This document shows positions 39,398 to 49,881 of a stretch of 64,000 nt of DNA, piece after piece. The stretch spans positions 71,836 to 135,835 of the forward strand of contig JBGAGQ010000008.1 of assembly GCA_044226625.1 (NCBI GenBank), written 5' to 3'. The notes under the pieces are model-generated. The model had not been told where the DNA came from, ran no database searches, and saw nothing but the letters and a program-made list of their open reading frames with translations. Within the stretch, counting starts at the first letter, position 1; each line of letters begins with the position of its first letter. Source of the stretch: Thermoanaerobaculia bacterium. Lineage in GTDB: Bacteria > Acidobacteriota > Thermoanaerobaculia > Multivoradales > UBA5704. A program made the position numbers and the translations under genes.

Positions 39398-39541
39398 GTG
39401 CCCCTCGAGCTCCACGTTTCGCGCCGCGCCGCCAGGCAGGTGGAGAGAATCGCCGAGTGGTGGTCTGTACATCGGCCCGGCGCACCCGGAGCCGTTCGCA
39501 AAGACCTAGAAAGAACCTGCCTCGCGAAGGGAGGCACGTGA
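39398..39541 (+). pseudogene. Truncated RelE/ParE-family toxin
   Basis: Manual translation MPLELHVSRRAARQVERIAEWWSVHRPGAPGAVRKDLER.. stops after 47 aa. Confidence 0.6.
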
Positions 39542-39586
39542 CCCGGATCGAGGAGGTGAAGGGGCGGCCGACGTGGTTGGCTGAGG

Positions 39587-39737
39587 CCCCCCTCCTGGCC
39601 TCCCCCCGCAAGCGGGGGGAGGGACGCTTCGCTCAGAGGATGTGAGGACTGGAGCGAGGGCGAGGCGGAGACGCAAGGACGTGAAGAGGGACGGGCGGGC
39701 CTCCTCCCCCGCTTGCGGGGGAGGACCGAGGTGGGGG
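39587..39737. repeat. Inverted pair of REP-like palindromes
   Basis: cctccccccgcaagcggggggagg (unit 39587-39624) and ctcccccgcttgcgggggagg..gaggtggggg (unit 39700-39737) in opposite orientation. Confidence 0.85.
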
Positions 39738-39952
39738 TCGGCACGGTTCGCCGAAAGAGTCCCCTCCTAAGAAGCGGGCGCGAGACACCCATGGAACTCC
39801 GACCTCGATGCCGGCTTCTAGAAAAGTCTAAACCTGACCACCGTTTCATCCTGCGGACCCGGCGTAAGACGGTGGGGAAGCAACGAAAACCGGTGAGAAA
39901 TTAGGGCTAGTCGGACTAGTAGTCGAGCACGACGCAGCGCTTGTTCCCGCCG

Positions 39953-40206
39953 GGAATCACCTGCCGGACCGTCCCGACGCAACCGACTCCGGCAAGCCAC
40001 TTTCCGAATTCGCAAGCCGCCCTCGAAGGCGCAAGTCCGCGAGAAGCTCCCGGAGCTCGCTGCTCGGCAGGGGAAGTCGCCTCCTCGGTCGGCAAGCTAC
40101 TTCCCGCGCCAGGAGGTCGCTTCCTGAGTCTGGGAAGTCACTTCCTGGCTTCGCGGTGCGCCTGCGGGTAGAGGAAACCTCTTGCGGGTAGCGGAAGCCG
40201 CTTGCG
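39953..40206. repeat. Degenerate ~20-bp-period array of G(G/C)AAG-N3-CTT(C/G)C palindromes
   Basis: Units start at 39992, 40012, 40031, 40052, 40072, 40092, 40112, 40133, 40153, 40173, 40193 (weaker at 39953). Confidence 0.8.
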
Positions 40207-40324
40207 GGGGGTGGACTTCGTGCGCTCGCCAAGCCATCGTCTGGCTCGACGCGCACCAAAACACGAACCGCCCGGTGAGCCCACCGGGCGGTTCGCTGCA
40301 ACCGGGCGATTCGTCGCCGACGGC

Positions 40325-41533
40325 CTACATCGAATGCGGCGTGATCGTGCAGTCGCCGCTGCCCGTCTCGACGTGGATGGCGGTCTGGCCGTCGAGGCGC
40401 TTGGCGCCGACCACTTTGCGGCCGTCCTTCTTGAGGACCGCGTCGGCGTAACCGACGATCAGACGTCCGCTCCCCTGGTCGGAGGAGATATTGAACGAGG
40501 CTTGCTGGCCGGCGTGGATGGAGACCTCGCCCGAGCCGGTGTCGATGGTCATCTTGCGGGTGTTCGCGAGCGAGCTCCGGACCGAAACGTCGCCCGAGCC
40601 GGTGTCGGCGACCAGCTCTTCGAGCTCTACGCCGAGCACGTCGACCGAGCCGGATCCGGTATCGGCGCTCAGGCGGCCGGCCGCGCCGTTCTTGACGCTC
40701 ACGTCGCCCGAGCCGGTGTCGATGTCGAGCTTGCCGGCCGAGACACCCTCGACCCGCACGTCGCCCGAGCCGGTGTCGATCACTCCGTTGCCGATCAGCT
40801 TCGCCACGAACACGTCGCCCGAACCGGTGTCGATCGAGCTTTCTCCGCGCGTCGTGCCGACCTTGACGTCGCCCGAGCCGGTGTCGATCAAGAGGTGGCC
40901 GTCGAACGAGGCGACCTTGACGTCGCCGCAGCCCGTGTCGATCGAGAGGTCGCCCGCCAAGCTCGCGCCGTCGACCGGGCCGACCACGTTGCGGACGTAG
41001 ACTTTTCCGGAAGGCGGCATGGCGATCCGCACGTTCGCGTACAGGGTGGGGATCCCCGACCGCCGCGAGCCGTAGATGCGCACCTTCTCGCCTCGGTAGA
41101 GGGTCGAGGTGGCGCCGTCGAACATGCCGACGAGGAACGAGGGCACCTCGTCGTTCCGGTCCTTGGCGCTCGGATAGTGGAAGCCGCGATACTTCTCGAC
41201 CGGGTAGGAAAGCGCCCACTCCTCGCGTCCCTTGGAGTCCTTCCCCTTGACCCACTTGACCCGCTGCAGGAGATCCTGTGTCTCCGCCGCGTCGCGCCCC
41301 TCGGCGTAGACGGTCGTCTCGACGTTCATCGGGTTCGAGTTGCCGGGGATGATCTCGATCCGGCCCGCGAGGTTGGCGAGGCGGATCGGCTGTTCTCCTG
41401 CCGAGGCGGGCAGCTGGACACGGAAGGACCGCCGGCCGAGCTCGTCCGCGTGAGCGATGTCGGAAAAAGCGGCGAAGGCGATCGGAACCGCCAGGAGGGC
41501 GGCGTAACGGGAGAGGTTCGAGTGGGCGGTCAT
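40325..41533 (-). CDS. Secreted DUF4097-family beta-strand repeat protein
   Basis: Signal peptide; about 8 IDTGSGDV-type repeats. Confidence 0.88.
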   Translation of the reverse strand: MTAHSNLSRYAALLAVPIAFAAFSDIAHADELGRRSFRVQLPASAGEQPIRLANLAGRIEIIPGNSNPMNVETTVYAEGRDAAETQDLLQRVKWVKGKDSKGREEWALSYPVEKYRGFHYPSAKDRNDEVPSFLVGMFDGATSTLYRGEKVRIYGSRRSGIPTLYANVRIAMPPSGKVYVRNVVGPVDGASLAGDLSIDTGCGDVKVASFDGHLLIDTGSGDVKVGTTRGESSIDTGSGDVFVAKLIGNGVIDTGSGDVRVEGVSAGKLDIDTGSGDVSVKNGAAGRLSADTGSGSVDVLGVELEELVADTGSGDVSVRSSLANTRKMTIDTGSGEVSIHAGQQASFNISSDQGSGRLIVGYADAVLKKDGRKVVGAKRLDGQTAIHVETGSGDCTITPHSM

Positions 41534-41741
41534 GGCGTTCCTCCTCGGAGTCAGCGCCTTGGTCGTCGCTCCAGGGGGCCCTTTGGACTTCCCGTGGGAC
41601 CTCCTGGAGCCGGGACCTGGCGCTCAGACCTTCCTTACGAGAGGAAGCCGGGAAAAGTTGCCGCCGCGCTATGCTCTGCCGCGAAATTTCCCATCGAAGC
41701 TCGGCTCCTCCCTCCAGGAAGCCGTTTCGGAGACCCGTCCG

Positions 41742-44006
41742 ATGCCGAAAGCCTCCCGCCTCGCCTTCGCCTTCCTCGTCGCCGGAACGTTCGGGGTGCT
41801 CGCCGCGGCCGCCGCGGCGGCCGGCTCCGCGACAGATCCTCTGGCGCACCCCGCCCTTCCACCGCTGGAGGACGTCCTCGCGCCGAACGTCTTCGGCAAG
41901 CTGCCGGCTCAGCTCTCCTGGTCGCCGGACGGTAAACGGCTCGGGTACGTCTGGGACGACGGCACGGGCGAGGCGCTCTGGGTGCTCGATCCGGCGAGCG
42001 GCGGCGCGGCCGAAAAGCGCCTGGCCGGCTCCGCGCTCCAAGCCGAGCCGGCGAAGGGGACGAAGGAGAAGACGGAGTCCCCCCCGCCCGGCGAGCCGCA
42101 CGGTGTGGGCGAAATCTCCTGGCTGCCCGACGGTAAGGGATTCCTCGCGGTCTCGGACGGTGACCTCTTCCTTGCCTACCCGGGCGCCGCGCCACGGCGG
42201 CTCACCCACACGGACGCCCAGGAGGAAGGGGCGGAGGTCTCGCCGACCTCCGATCGCGTCGCGTTCGTACGCGACCACGATCTCTGGACGATCGATCTCG
42301 CGACCGGCGCCGAGCATCGGCAGACCCAAGACGGCAAAGAGAACGTGACGCTCAACGGCGAGACCGACTGGGTCTACTGGGAGGAGATCTGGAGTCGGGA
42401 CGCGACCGGCTTCTGGTGGCATCCCGACGGCCGGCGCATCGCCTTCTACCGCTTCGACGAGACGCCGGTGGGCGTCTACCCGCTGATCGACGACGCGCCG
42501 AAGGACGCGACCGTCCGCTACCAGAAGTATCCGCGCCCGGGCACGCCGAATCCCAACGTCAAGATCGGCGTTCGCGACACCACCCGGCCGACCTCCGCGA
42601 CGGTTTGGATGCAGACCGGCGGCGCGCCGGGCGACTACCTGGCTCGCGTCGCTTGGTCCAAGGATGGCTCCTGGCTCGCGATCGAGCGGCTGAACCGCGA
42701 CCAGACGGAGCTCGACCTGCTCCGCTGCGCGCCCGCGACGGGCCAGTGCAGCGTGCTCGCGAGCGACCGCGATCCGAACTGGGTGAACCTCGCGAACGAC
42801 TTCCGCCCGTTGAACGACGGACGGTTCCTCTGGAGCTCCGAGCGCGAAGGGGTGCGCCGGCTCTACCTCTACGCCGCGGACGGCAAGCCGATCGGCGCGG
42901 TCACCCCCGACGGCTGGGTCCACGAGTCGCTCGACGGCCTGGACGAGGCGTCCGGTCGAGTGATCTCGATCGGCTATCCGACCACGCCGCTGCTCGCCGC
43001 GGCGGGCCGGCAGGTGCTCTCGGTCCGGATCGACGGTTCCGATCCGAAGCCGCTCACCTCGGGCCGTGGCTGGCACGCCGCGACCGTCGCTCCCAGGGGC
43101 GGTTGGTGGGTCGATACGGTGAGCGACGCCGACACCCCGCCGCGGCAGCGTCTGATGCGCCCGGACGGGCAGGAGGCGGACGCGAAGCTGCCGGCGAAGG
43201 CCCCGCTGATCGATCCGGCCAGCCTGCCGCAATACGAATTCCTCACGGTCGCGGGCCCGGAAGGCTCGACGCTTCCGGCCCGGCTGCTCAAGCCGGCGGA
43301 TTTCAACGCGGCGAAGAAATACCCCGTCCTCACCTACCATTACGGCGGCCCCGCTTCCCAGGTGGTGGTCGACCGATGGGGCGGCGCTTGGGCGAAGTGG
43401 ATGGCGGCGCGGGGCTACGGTGTGTGGAGCGTCGACAACCAGGCGTCGATCTTCTTCGGGCACAAGGGGGAGGTTCGCCTCCACCGCCGCTTCGGCGAGC
43501 TCGAGCTCGCGGGCCAGCTCGCCGGGGTCGACTACCTGAAAACTCAGCCGTGGGTCGACGGCAGCCGCCTCGGCCTCTGGGGTTGGTCGGGCGGCGGCTC
43601 GAACACGCTCTATTCGCTCCTCCATTCCCCCGGGACTTGGAAGGTCGGGGTGGCCGGAGCGCCGGTGACCGATTGGCAGCTCTACGACTCGATCTGGACC
43701 GAGCGCTACTTCGATCTACCCGAGCAGAACGCGGAGGGGTATCGGCTCTCCTCCGCGGTCACCGCGGCCGCAAGCCTCAAGGACTACCTGGTGATCGTCC
43801 ACGGCACGGCGGACGACAACGTCCACCCGCAGAACACCTGGAACATGATCCGGGCGTTCCAGAAGGCGCACGTCTCGTACGAGGACGTCGCGTTGCCTGG
43901 CCAGAAGCACGGCATCCGCGGGGACGGCCAGATTCACTACTACCGAAGGATGACGGAAGTCTTCGACCGCGAGCTGGGCGGAGGGCCTCAGCCCTCGTCG
44001 CGGTAG
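41742..44006 (+). CDS. Dipeptidyl peptidase IV (S9B), secreted
   Basis: DWVYWEE, YGGP, GWSGGG, HGTADDNVH, H catalytic motifs. Confidence 0.93.
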   Translation: MPKASRLAFAFLVAGTFGVLAAAAAAAGSATDPLAHPALPPLEDVLAPNVFGKLPAQLSWSPDGKRLGYVWDDGTGEALWVLDPASGGAAEKRLAGSALQAEPAKGTKEKTESPPPGEPHGVGEISWLPDGKGFLAVSDGDLFLAYPGAAPRRLTHTDAQEEGAEVSPTSDRVAFVRDHDLWTIDLATGAEHRQTQDGKENVTLNGETDWVYWEEIWSRDATGFWWHPDGRRIAFYRFDETPVGVYPLIDDAPKDATVRYQKYPRPGTPNPNVKIGVRDTTRPTSATVWMQTGGAPGDYLARVAWSKDGSWLAIERLNRDQTELDLLRCAPATGQCSVLASDRDPNWVNLANDFRPLNDGRFLWSSEREGVRRLYLYAADGKPIGAVTPDGWVHESLDGLDEASGRVISIGYPTTPLLAAAGRQVLSVRIDGSDPKPLTSGRGWHAATVAPRGGWWVDTVSDADTPPRQRLMRPDGQEADAKLPAKAPLIDPASLPQYEFLTVAGPEGSTLPARLLKPADFNAAKKYPVLTYHYGGPASQVVVDRWGGAWAKWMAARGYGVWSVDNQASIFFGHKGEVRLHRRFGELELAGQLAGVDYLKTQPWVDGSRLGLWGWSGGGSNTLYSLLHSPGTWKVGVAGAPVTDWQLYDSIWTERYFDLPEQNAEGYRLSSAVTAAASLKDYLVIVHGTADDNVHPQNTWNMIRAFQKAHVSYEDVALPGQKHGIRGDGQIHYYRRMTEVFDRELGGGPQPSSR

Positions 44007-45247
44007 CGCTTGAGCACGACGGCGCCGTTGGTGCCGCCGAAGCCGAACGAGTTGGTGATCGCGTACTCGAGATCGGTCTTGCGCGGGCTGTTCGGTACGA
44101 AATCGAGATCGCACCCCTCGCCCGGATTCTCGAGGTTGATCGTCGCGGGGAGGATCTGGTCGCGCATCGACAGCGCCAGGATCCCCATCTCCAGGCCGCC
44201 CGCCGCACCGAGGAGGTGACCGGTCGAGGACTTGGTGGATGAGACCGCGAGCTTGTGGGCGTGGTCGCCGAAGATCCGCTTGACCGCGTGGACCTCGGCG
44301 AGGTCGCCCAGGTCGGTCGAGGTCCCGTGGGCGTTGATGTAGCCGATCGCCTCCGGGGCGATCTGGGCGTCGGCGAGGGCGATCTTCATCACCCGCGCGG
44401 CGCCGTCCCCTTCCGGATGGGGCGCCGAGATGTGGTAGGCGTCGGCGCTCATGCCGTAGCCCACGACCTCGCCGTAGATCGGCGCGCCGCGGCGCTTGGC
44501 GTGCTCGAGCTCCTCCATCACGACGATTCCCGCGCCTTCGCCGATCACGAACCCGTCGCGATCGCGATCCCACGGGCGCGAGGCCCGCGCCGGATCGTCG
44601 TTGCGGGTCGAGAGCGCGCGCATCGCCGAGAAGCCTGCGACGGCGAGCGGGCTCACGACCGCCTCCGCGCCGCCCGCGATCATCGCGTCGGCGTCGTCGT
44701 GCTGGATGAAGCGGAAAGCGTCGCCCACCGCGTGAAGGCCGGTCGTGCAGGCGGTGCAGGGCGCCGTGTTCGGTCCCTTGGCACCCCAGCGGATCGACAC
44801 CAGGCCGGCCGCCATGTTGACGATCAGGCCCGGGATGAAGAACGGCGAAACCCGGCTGGGCCCCCGGTCGAGCAGCGTCCGATGAGTCGACTCGATCAGC
44901 GGCAGCCCGCCGATGCCGGAGCCGATGTTCACCCCGACGCGCTCGGCGTTGCTCTCGTCGATCACCAGGCCGGAATCCGCGATCGCGAAATGCGCCGCCG
45001 CCACCGCGTAGTGGATGAAGACGTCGCTCTTCTTGATCTCCTTCTTGTCGAAGAAGGCGAGCGGGTCGAATCCCTTGACCTCTCCGGCGAAGCGGGTCGG
45101 GTAATCGGTGGTGTCGAAACGGGTGATCGGCGCAATGCCGCTCTTGCCCGCGAGCAGGGCGTCCCAGGTCTCTTGGGTCCCGATCCCCAGAGGGGAGACG
45201 AGACCGACTCCGGTGACGACGACACGACGGCGGTTCGGTGGGCTCAA
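43988..45247 (-). CDS. fabF: Beta-ketoacyl-ACP synthase II
   Basis: RRVVVTG, TACTTG, INAHGTST, GHLLGAAG, NSFGFGG. Confidence 0.97.
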   Translation of the reverse strand: MSPPNRRRVVVTGVGLVSPLGIGTQETWDALLAGKSGIAPITRFDTTDYPTRFAGEVKGFDPLAFFDKKEIKKSDVFIHYAVAAAHFAIADSGLVIDESNAERVGVNIGSGIGGLPLIESTHRTLLDRGPSRVSPFFIPGLIVNMAAGLVSIRWGAKGPNTAPCTACTTGLHAVGDAFRFIQHDDADAMIAGGAEAVVSPLAVAGFSAMRALSTRNDDPARASRPWDRDRDGFVIGEGAGIVVMEELEHAKRRGAPIYGEVVGYGMSADAYHISAPHPEGDGAARVMKIALADAQIAPEAIGYINAHGTSTDLGDLAEVHAVKRIFGDHAHKLAVSSTKSSTGHLLGAAGGLEMGILALSMRDQILPATINLENPGEGCDLDFVPNSPRKTDLEYAITNSFGFGGTNGAVVLKRYRDEG

Positions 45248-45349
45248 ATCGATGGGCTCGCGGGTGAGGCTCAGGATGGCTCGGCTGGTTGGCTTCGGGT
45301 GGCGATCGGGGCGATGAAAAAGCGGCCCCGAGGACCTTCCTACGGCTCG

Positions 45350-45595
45350 TTAGTTCTTCGGCTCTCCGGCGTTCGCTTCGATGTACTCGACCGCCTGCCG
45401 GACCGTGCTGATCTTCTCGGCCGACTCGTCCGGGATTTCGATGCCGAACTCCTCTTCGAAGGCCATGACCAGCTCGACGATGTCGAGGGAATCCGCACCG
45501 AGATCGTCGGTGAAGCTCGCCTCCATCGTGACTTCGTCTTCGTCCACCCCGAGCTGTTCGACGATGATGCCTTTAACCTTTTCCATGACCGCCAT
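45350..45595 (-). CDS. acpP: Acyl carrier protein
   Basis: [20 protein letters not shown]. Confidence 0.97.
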   Translation of the reverse strand: MAVMEKVKGIIVEQLGVDEDEVTMEASFTDDLGADSLDIVELVMAFEEEFGIEIPDESAEKISTVRQAVEYIEANAGEPKN

Positions 45596-45782
45596 GAGTG
45601 CTGCCCTCCAGTCTTTTGCGAGAGATGGACCGCGGTGACCGATTCCGTCGGCGCAGTTTTCTAGCACAATCGTCTCGGTCCGTCCACGGCTCGAATCCCG
45701 ATTCAGGCCGCGATGCGGCCCTTCGAACGTTTGGAATGAGCGACTTCCGTGAGCCGCTCGCGATCCCGGCTGAAATCCAGGT

Positions 45783-46529
45783 TCAAATGTAGAGACCGCC
45801 CGAGACGTTGATCGTCTCGCCGGTGATGTAGGCGGCGTCTTCGCTCGCGAGAAACGCCACGACGCCCGCGATGTCGGCGACGTGCCCGAGCCGCTTGAGC
45901 GCGATCTGGCTCGCGAGCTCGGCGCGGTTGGCCTCCGGCAGCGCATCGGTCATCGCGGTTTCGATGTAGCCCGGCGCGACCACGTTCACGGTCAGGTTCC
46001 GGCTGCCGAGCTCGCGCGCGAGCGATTTGGTGAACCCGATCAGGCCGGCTTTCGACGCGGCGTAGTTCGCCTGTCCGGCGTTGCCCATCAGGCCCACCAC
46101 GGAGGAGACCGAGATCACCCGGCCCCAGCGCTTCTTCATCATGCCGCGCACCAGCTCCTTGGTGAGCGCGAAGGCCCCGGTGAGATTGGTCCGGAGTACC
46201 CGGTCCCAGTCCTCGAGGCTCATACGCAGCAGGAGATTGTCGGCGGTGATGCCGGCGTTGTTCACCAAGATGTCGATCGCGGCGAGATCCGCGGGCAGCT
46301 CCTTCAAGCGCTCCGGAATGGACGCCGGCTCGGAGACGTCGAGAGTGAAGGCGTGGGCGCGACCGCCCGAGCCCTCGATCGCGGCGACGAGCGCCGCGAG
46401 CTTTTCGGCGTTGCGCGCCGCGACGATTACCTTCGCCCCCTCGGCAGCCAGCCGTTTCGCGATCGCCTCGCCGATGCCCTGCGACGCCCCGGTGACCAGG
46501 GCGGTCTTTCCCTCGAGTCGGCCTTCCAT
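45783..46529 (-). CDS. fabG: 3-oxoacyl-ACP reductase
   Basis: [19 protein letters not shown]. Confidence 0.96.
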   Translation of the reverse strand: MEGRLEGKTALVTGASQGIGEAIAKRLAAEGAKVIVAARNAEKLAALVAAIEGSGGRAHAFTLDVSEPASIPERLKELPADLAAIDILVNNAGITADNLLLRMSLEDWDRVLRTNLTGAFALTKELVRGMMKKRWGRVISVSSVVGLMGNAGQANYAASKAGLIGFTKSLARELGSRNLTVNVVAPGYIETAMTDALPEANRAELASQIALKRLGHVADIAGVVAFLASEDAAYITGETINVSGGLYI

Positions 46530-46603
46530 GCGTGTTCTCCTCCTCCGGATCCTACTTTTCGAAGCGTCGCTTCTCGAATCTCGGCTCGAGGGCGCGAGCC
46601 GCC

Positions 46604-47587
46604 CTACTTGTCCTCGTCGGACATCGCGAGCAGCTTTTCGAGCTGCGCCGGCTCGCCCGTCGAGCCCACGCGCAAACCTTCTTTGATTCGCCGGTTGAGC
46701 CCCGCGAGCACCGTGCCCGGTCCGACCTCGACGAACAGGCCGACTTCCATCCGCTCCGCCATGTAGAGCACCGACTCGGCCCAGCGGACACCATGGTCGA
46801 TCTGGCGGATCAGCGCGTCGCGCGCCGCCTCGCCGGTCGTGACCGGCGCCGCGTCGACGTTGGTGATCACCGGCGCCACCGGATCGGCGAACGGAACCGC
46901 GGCGAGCAGCTCCGCCATCCCCTCGCGCGCCGGCTTCATGAGCGGCGAGTGGAACGGAGCGGAGACCGCGAGAATCGTCGCCTTGCGGGCGCCGCGCGCC
47001 TTGGCGAGCTCGACCGCGCGATCGATCGCGGACCGGTGGCCCGCGAGCACCGTCTGCCCCGGGCCGTTCAGGTTCGCGACGGCGCAGACCTCGTCCGGCG
47101 TCTCGGCGACCGCGTCGCGGGCGACCTCGCCGATCGTCTCGGGATCCATGCCGATGATCGCAGCCATCGCCCCGACGCCCACCGGCACCGCCGCCTGCAT
47201 CAGCTCGCCGCGGCGGCGCACCAGGCGGAGCGCGGCGCCGAAATCGAGCGCCCCGGCGGCCACGAGCGCCGACCATTCGCCGAGGGAATGTCCGGCGTAC
47301 GCCACGGGCGAAAACGGCGTGCCGGTCTCCCGGAGCGCACGGTGGACCGCGATCGACGTCGCGAGCAGCGCGGGCTGGGTGTTGGCGGTCAGGTTCAGCT
47401 CGTCTTCCGGACCTTCGAAGCAGAGCTTCGAGAGCGGCTCACCGAGCGCGTCGTCGGCCTCGGCGAAGGTCTCGCGCGCGGCGGCCGAAGCGTCGGCCCA
47501 GGCGCGCCCCATCCCGACCTTCTGCGCCCCCTGCCCGGGGAAGACGAAAGCGTGCGTACGTGCGAGCGGGCCAGTCGCTTCACTCAT
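46604..47587 (-). CDS. fabD: Malonyl-CoA:ACP transacylase
   Basis: FPGQGAQ, GHSLGE, SAPFHS. Confidence 0.96.
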   Translation of the reverse strand: MSEATGPLARTHAFVFPGQGAQKVGMGRAWADASAAARETFAEADDALGEPLSKLCFEGPEDELNLTANTQPALLATSIAVHRALRETGTPFSPVAYAGHSLGEWSALVAAGALDFGAALRLVRRRGELMQAAVPVGVGAMAAIIGMDPETIGEVARDAVAETPDEVCAVANLNGPGQTVLAGHRSAIDRAVELAKARGARKATILAVSAPFHSPLMKPAREGMAELLAAVPFADPVAPVITNVDAAPVTTGEAARDALIRQIDHGVRWAESVLYMAERMEVGLFVEVGPGTVLAGLNRRIKEGLRVGSTGEPAQLEKLLAMSDEDK

Positions 47588-48636
47588 CGAACGGGAATCT
47601 CCTCGGTCTCCACCGGAGCGGCGAGCAGGCTCGCCTCTTGCCGGTGCATCTCCGCCAGCTTGTCGCGGATCTTTTCGTGCACGCGCCCCTCGGCGAACTC
47701 GACCGCCCGCCGGATCGCGTTGCGGATCGCCCGCGGCGTCGAGCGGCCGTGGCCGATGAAGCACCCGCCTTCGACACCCAAGAGCGGCGCCGCACCGTAC
47801 TCGGTGTAATCGGTGCGGGTGCGGAAACGGTCGATCGCCGGCTTCAAGATCGCGTAACCGAGCTGGGTTCGGCGGCTCTTGCCGATCTCCTCGCCGAGCA
47901 TCCGCCCGAGGAGCTCGGCGAGCGCCTCGGCGCTCTTCAACACGACGTTGCCGACGAAACCGTCGCAGACGACCACGTCGACCGTGCCCTGGAAGACGTC
48001 TCCCCCTTCGACGTTGCCGACGAAGTGGAGGCCGGTTCGCTTGAGCACCTTGAAGACCTCGCGGGTGAGCTCGCTCCCTTTGGTCTCCTCCTCGCCGATC
48101 GACAGCAGGCCGATTCGCGGCGACTCGGTGCCGATCACCTCTTGGGCATAGAAATGCCCCATGACGGCGAACTGGCGGAGGTGGGCGGGCTTGCTGTCGA
48201 CGTTCGCGCCCACGTCGAGCAGCACCGTGCGCCCGTGGGCGCTAGGAACGACCGCCGCGAGCGCCGGCCGGTCGACCCCGGCGGTGGTGCCGAGGACCAT
48301 CTTGGCGGCGATCATCGCGGCGCCGGTGTGCCCTGCGGTCACCATCGACTGCGCGCGCCCGTCGCGCACCAGCTCGGCGCACAGGCGCACGGACGAGCGG
48401 CGCTTTTTTCGCAGCGGCGCGGTCGCCGGGTCGTCCATGTCGATGAACTCGTCGGCGTGCACCAGCTCGATGCGCCCCCGCGGATCGCCGAGCCGCGCGA
48501 TCTCCGACGCGATCCGCTCGCGGTCCCCGACCAGGAGGATCGAGATCCCGTCCTCGACCGCCGCGAGAAAAGCGCCCTCCACCGCGGCTCGCGGCGCGAA
48601 GTCTCCCCCCATGGCGTCGACGGCGATGCGCATCAC
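47584..48636 (-). CDS. plsX: Phosphate acyltransferase PlsX
   Basis: IAVDAMGGD, LDVGAN, DGFVGN..LK. Confidence 0.96.
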   Translation of the reverse strand: MMRIAVDAMGGDFAPRAAVEGAFLAAVEDGISILLVGDRERIASEIARLGDPRGRIELVHADEFIDMDDPATAPLRKKRRSSVRLCAELVRDGRAQSMVTAGHTGAAMIAAKMVLGTTAGVDRPALAAVVPSAHGRTVLLDVGANVDSKPAHLRQFAVMGHFYAQEVIGTESPRIGLLSIGEEETKGSELTREVFKVLKRTGLHFVGNVEGGDVFQGTVDVVVCDGFVGNVVLKSAEALAELLGRMLGEEIGKSRRTQLGYAILKPAIDRFRTRTDYTEYGAAPLLGVEGGCFIGHGRSTPRAIRNAIRRAVEFAEGRVHEKIRDKLAEMHRQEASLLAAPVETEEIPVR

Positions 48637-48829
48637 GTTTCGGATTGTGGCGTAAGGAGCGGCACGATTCTACCCGCAATGCGATCCGCCGGGCGGCGGG
48701 GCGGATCGGTGCCGGCGTCGCCTGGTCGCGGCCAGACGCCGGCTACAGCGGAGGCACGAATAAACCTCCGGCCGCGAGCGAACCGTTTCGCGGCTCGCTC
48801 CGGCGGCGCTCGGCGGGGCGTGAGGGGCC

Positions 48830-49015
48830 TTAGGCCTTCTCGGCGACTTCGATGACCTGGCGGTCGTTGTAGAACCCGCAGCTGCCACAGGCGCGATGCG
48901 GCAGCTTCGACTCGCCGCAGTTCGGGCAGTTGGAGGTGGCGGGCCGCGCCAGGGCGTCGTGCGACCGGCGGCGGTCGCGGCGGGCTTTGGAATGGCGGCG
49001 CTTTGGATTAGGCAT
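48830..49015 (-). CDS. rpmF: 50S ribosomal protein L32
   Basis: MPNPKRRHSK, CPNC...CGSC. Confidence 0.96.
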   Translation of the reverse strand: MPNPKRRHSKARRDRRRSHDALARPATSNCPNCGESKLPHRACGSCGFYNDRQVIEVAEKA

Positions 49016-49213
49016 CGTCGACCTCTAGCGTCTCGGAAGGAATGGTGCCTTCCGGCGTCTCTCGAACATCGTCAAATTCGGCGGATTTCAGTCTTCCGGC
49101 CCACGAACGCGGCCCGGGACCCTCGAAATCGGCGCGGCTTGCTTCGTCCCACGATTCTAACGTCTAACCGCCTCCGGGCGCGATCCTCCGCGCCGAGGCG
49201 GGAAACTCCCTGG

Positions 49214-49759
49214 CTACGACCCGCTCCCCTCGCTCTTCCCCAGCTTCTCGCGGATCGCCGCGAGGCCGGCCCAACGGGGGTCGGGCACCTCGCGGTCGCA
49301 GCCGCAGTCGCCCGCGTTCAAATCCGCGCCGCAGCGCGGGCAAAGGCCCTGGCAGTCGTCGCGGCAGAGCGGCTTCATCGGGATGTTCAGCTGGACCTGC
49401 TCGAAGAGGACCGGCTCCGTGCGGAACTTGTCGCCCTCGACCTGCCAGACCCCGAGATCGCGCGCCCCCAGCTCACGCTCCTCGCCTTCGACCAACTCCT
49501 TGCCCTGCACCACGAGCAACTCGATCCTCGGCTCCACCTTCTCGACGAACTGCGAGAGGCAGCGCGTGCAGGCGAGCGTCTGCTCGTACGCGAGATCCGC
49601 CGTGAACAGGAACCCCGGATCGGCGAACACCATCCGTCCGGAGCAGTCGATCGGGCTCAAAGCGACCAAATCGGGGCTATCCAGCTCCGACGGTGCAACC
49701 TCGACCGTCTCCCGCCAGGCGAGGGGCTCCTCGCGAACCTGTTCCAACCAAATCTGCAT
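49214..49759 (-). CDS. yceD: DUF177/YceD family protein
   Basis: CTRCL, P.KPLC.DDC.GLCP.CG, DPRW; position upstream of rpmF. Confidence 0.92.
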   Translation of the reverse strand: MQIWLEQVREEPLAWRETVEVAPSELDSPDLVALSPIDCSGRMVFADPGFLFTADLAYEQTLACTRCLSQFVEKVEPRIELLVVQGKELVEGEERELGARDLGVWQVEGDKFRTEPVLFEQVQLNIPMKPLCRDDCQGLCPRCGADLNAGDCGCDREVPDPRWAGLAAIREKLGKSEGSGS

Positions 49760-49881
49760 CGGGGCCCCTTCGGCGAACTCGCGGCGCGACCACTAAGGCT
49801 ACGGGAACGGGGCTGGGCTGTCAAATAACGAACGCCTCCGGATTGGGGTGCATCGCCACCGGCGAGCCGTCGGGAACAGGC

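Noticed and set aside
40500-40950. Repeated acgtcgcccgagccggtgtcgat DNA units
   Set aside because: Explained by the IDTGSGDV protein repeats of the DUF4097 gene.
43988-49759. fab cluster as part of a hybrid lipid-RiPP pathway with the upstream MNIO genes
   Set aside because: It is the standard yceD-rpmF-plsX-fabD-fabG-acpP-fabF housekeeping operon; adjacency alone gives no functional link.
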